In this document: positions 62,404-64,000 of the stretch, piece by piece
Layout of the letters: the number at the start of each line of letters is the position of its first letter
Numbering within the stretch: the first letter of the stretch is position 1
Assembly (NCBI GenBank): GCA_937903605.1
Contig: CALCZC010000007.1
Location: forward strand, 124,459 to 188,458
DNA from: an uncultured bacterium
GTDB lineage: Bacteria > Patescibacteriota > Patescibacteriia > Magasanikbacterales > GWA2-37-8
Length of the DNA: 64,000 bases
Reading direction: 5' to 3'
The notes under the pieces: model-generated
The model's input: only the letters and a program-made list of their open reading frames with translations
Told to the model about the DNA's origin: nothing
Database searches by the model: none
Program-made: the position numbers and the translations under genes

Positions 62404-63057
62404 ATGCGTGAAAATTCTTCTACTCACTCTGAAATAAATATTAATAATCCGGATATCGCAAAAAATAAAGAGTCTATAAAACCGTTTTATTTTGATAAAA
62501 ATAAAAACAAAGTTTTTATTTCTGAAAAAACACGGGAACATTTATTAGCTCACCCCGATGTAATCCAATATCTCCAAGAAGCTATAGGAAAAGCTGATTT
62601 ATCTGAAATTGAAAAAATTTTTAAAATAGAAATAAATTTAGAAAAAAATATTGGGAAATCATATTGTATTCCCGCTGAACCTTTGAGGGGAAAGACCAAA
62701 GCTCTGTTTGCTAAAAGAAAAAATAGATTGGGGCCATCGCGAGTAGTTTATGGTCAAGGAGTAGATTGTAATAGCATAACCTTGTTAGGGGCCAGAAGTA
62801 TTTATGAACCTGATAATTTTGTTCTTTTTACCGCTTATATTGGCCATTTAGCGGACATGGAACCATGGGATATCAACATCAAAGATGGCGAAACGATGAA
62901 AAAAGCTTACGATTTTTGGCGTACTCATGCTCTAGTTTATGATTCAGATGACACAAGCACTTCTTTTATAGAAGAACCCCAAGAAAAAACTTGGGAACAG
63001 GTAATGCAAGAAATGCAACCGATTTATAAAAAACTTGATGAAGAAAGAAATAAATAA
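62404..63057 (+). CDS. Hypothetical protein
   Basis: 217-aa ORF with motif-like segments (HLLAHP, TAYIG..EPWD, FWRTHALV); no function recognised. Confidence 0.72.
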   Translation: MRENSSTHSEININNPDIAKNKESIKPFYFDKNKNKVFISEKTREHLLAHPDVIQYLQEAIGKADLSEIEKIFKIEINLEKNIGKSYCIPAEPLRGKTKALFAKRKNRLGPSRVVYGQGVDCNSITLLGARSIYEPDNFVLFTAYIGHLADMEPWDINIKDGETMKKAYDFWRTHALVYDSDDTSTSFIEEPQEKTWEQVMQEMQPIYKKLDEERNK

Positions 63058-63133
63058 AATAAAACACCTCGGAAAAACCGTGGTGTTTTTTAAAAAAACA
63101 AAAGGGGTCTTCGCAAAGAACCCCTAGGAACGG

Positions 63134-63196
63134 CTATGTAATCCGGACAGGCCTGCCGTTGAGATTGCCTGTCCGGTTTTTCATCACCTTTTTCAT
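63134..63196 (-). CDS. Putative 20-aa peptide MKKVMKNRTGNLNGRPVRIT
   Basis: AAGGAGG 4 nt before the ATG, directly downstream of 63211-63543; followed by a terminator-like hairpin. Confidence 0.4.
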   Translation of the reverse strand: MKKVMKNRTGNLNGRPVRIT

Positions 63197-63210
63197 TTTT
63201 CCTCCTTGTT

Positions 63211-63543
63211 TTATTTTTTTATCAGGTTGCCTATACTGTTCTTCAGGTGCTGCGGTTTGGGTTTAGCTACGGATTCAGATACCTTGTTCTCAATATGCAG
63301 GTTTTTGAAGAGTATGGGATAATTCGGGTTTTCATACTGCAGATTGCCCTTTTCTCCGTTTTCCTTCAGAAATGCAATCAGGAGTTCCAGGTTGTCCTCA
63401 TTCATAGTCGCCTTCCCTTCCACCTTGCGGTTGTCGGTTCTAACTTTTGCGTTCTGAGATCCCTCCAGCATCTCTGCCACCTGTCCTGCTGCCATGAAAC
63501 CCTTCATTCTCATAGAGATTCTTACTTCAAAACTCTTTGTCAT
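63211..63543 (-). CDS. Hypothetical protein, boxA-cassette gene with long structured leader
   Basis: 110-aa ORF; AAGGAG SD; GTTCTTTAAAAAA at 63594-63606. Confidence 0.72.
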   Translation of the reverse strand: MTKSFEVRISMRMKGFMAAGQVAEMLEGSQNAKVRTDNRKVEGKATMNEDNLELLIAFLKENGEKGNLQYENPNYPILFKNLHIENKVSESVAKPKPQHLKNSIGNLIKK

Positions 63544-63612
63544 GATAAGCTCCTTATAAAAAATATTAATAAAACACGGAATATTTCTGATGATTTTTTA
63601 AAGAACAATTTT

Positions 63613-63746
63613 TTCGTTAGGGATGACCCTTTACTGGCGCTCGCTTTTGAATTGCGAACCGAGGTGTCATCCCTACCGAAGACTTGGTACGAATCCCCTT
63701 TACGGTCGCCTCAACTTCCGGTTGGGCCGAGGTGGTCTTCCCAAGT
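63613..63746 (-). ncRNA. Candidate tandem structured RNA motif (two related irregular hairpins)
   Basis: Two adjacent hairpins share ACCUCGG-[variable stem-loop]-CG(A)CC(A)GUAAAGG but have different closing and apical stems. Confidence 0.6.
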
Positions 63747-64000
63747 TTTTAATCGAAATTATTTTCGACATTCCTATTTCCTTGTAATCCAACTCACAAA
63801 GAAATAGAGTGTTGAAGATATTGTGAAACAAGCTTTATACGAATTACCAATTTATTTGTTTATTTTCTCTCTCCCTTGAAAACAAACTTTACTGCTGTTT
63901 TTAAGGAACAATGGAAAAGGTTGTAAAAACCATATATTATTTAATTAACTTTTTTAATTTACTTGTTTGGTCTTTTTTAACCAACAGCATAATGTAGCAT

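Overview
AT-rich chromosomal segment of a Patescibacteria/CPR bacterium (Parcubacteria/ABY1-like; inferred from CPR-type VirB2-like pilin, DUF4012 and baseplate-J-like genes, mostly SD-less core genes and tRNA-Ile(UAU)), genetic code 11. The core content is uvrB (partial), rodA, gyrB, secE-nusG-rplK, queA, mltG, rluD-like, gmk, rplS, uvrA, dsbA, secG, rnj, rnpB, a polysaccharide/GT4 cluster, miaA, miaB, thrS, pilB/gspE, ftsH, rpsA and gyrA, plus one intact IS481-family element. Signals not explained by these genes: (1) 13 mostly orphan genes share one expression module (sigma70-type promoter, boxA-like Nus site, Shine-Dalgarno, ORF, usually a terminator hairpin) that most core genes lack; (2) a complete tRNA-Ile(UAU) is nested inside the anticodon loop of a second, split copy; (3) a tandem two-domain structured RNA lies in a long boxA-flanked leader; (4) thrS has a transcriptional T-box with an ultrashort Stem I; (5) an 18-bp palindrome recurs near -35 boxes; (6) several families of tiny palindromic and heptamer repeats insert into each other, into a tRNA and in-frame into genes; (7) a candidate -1 frameshift at A_AAA_AAG. 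All calls were made by eye without database searches.
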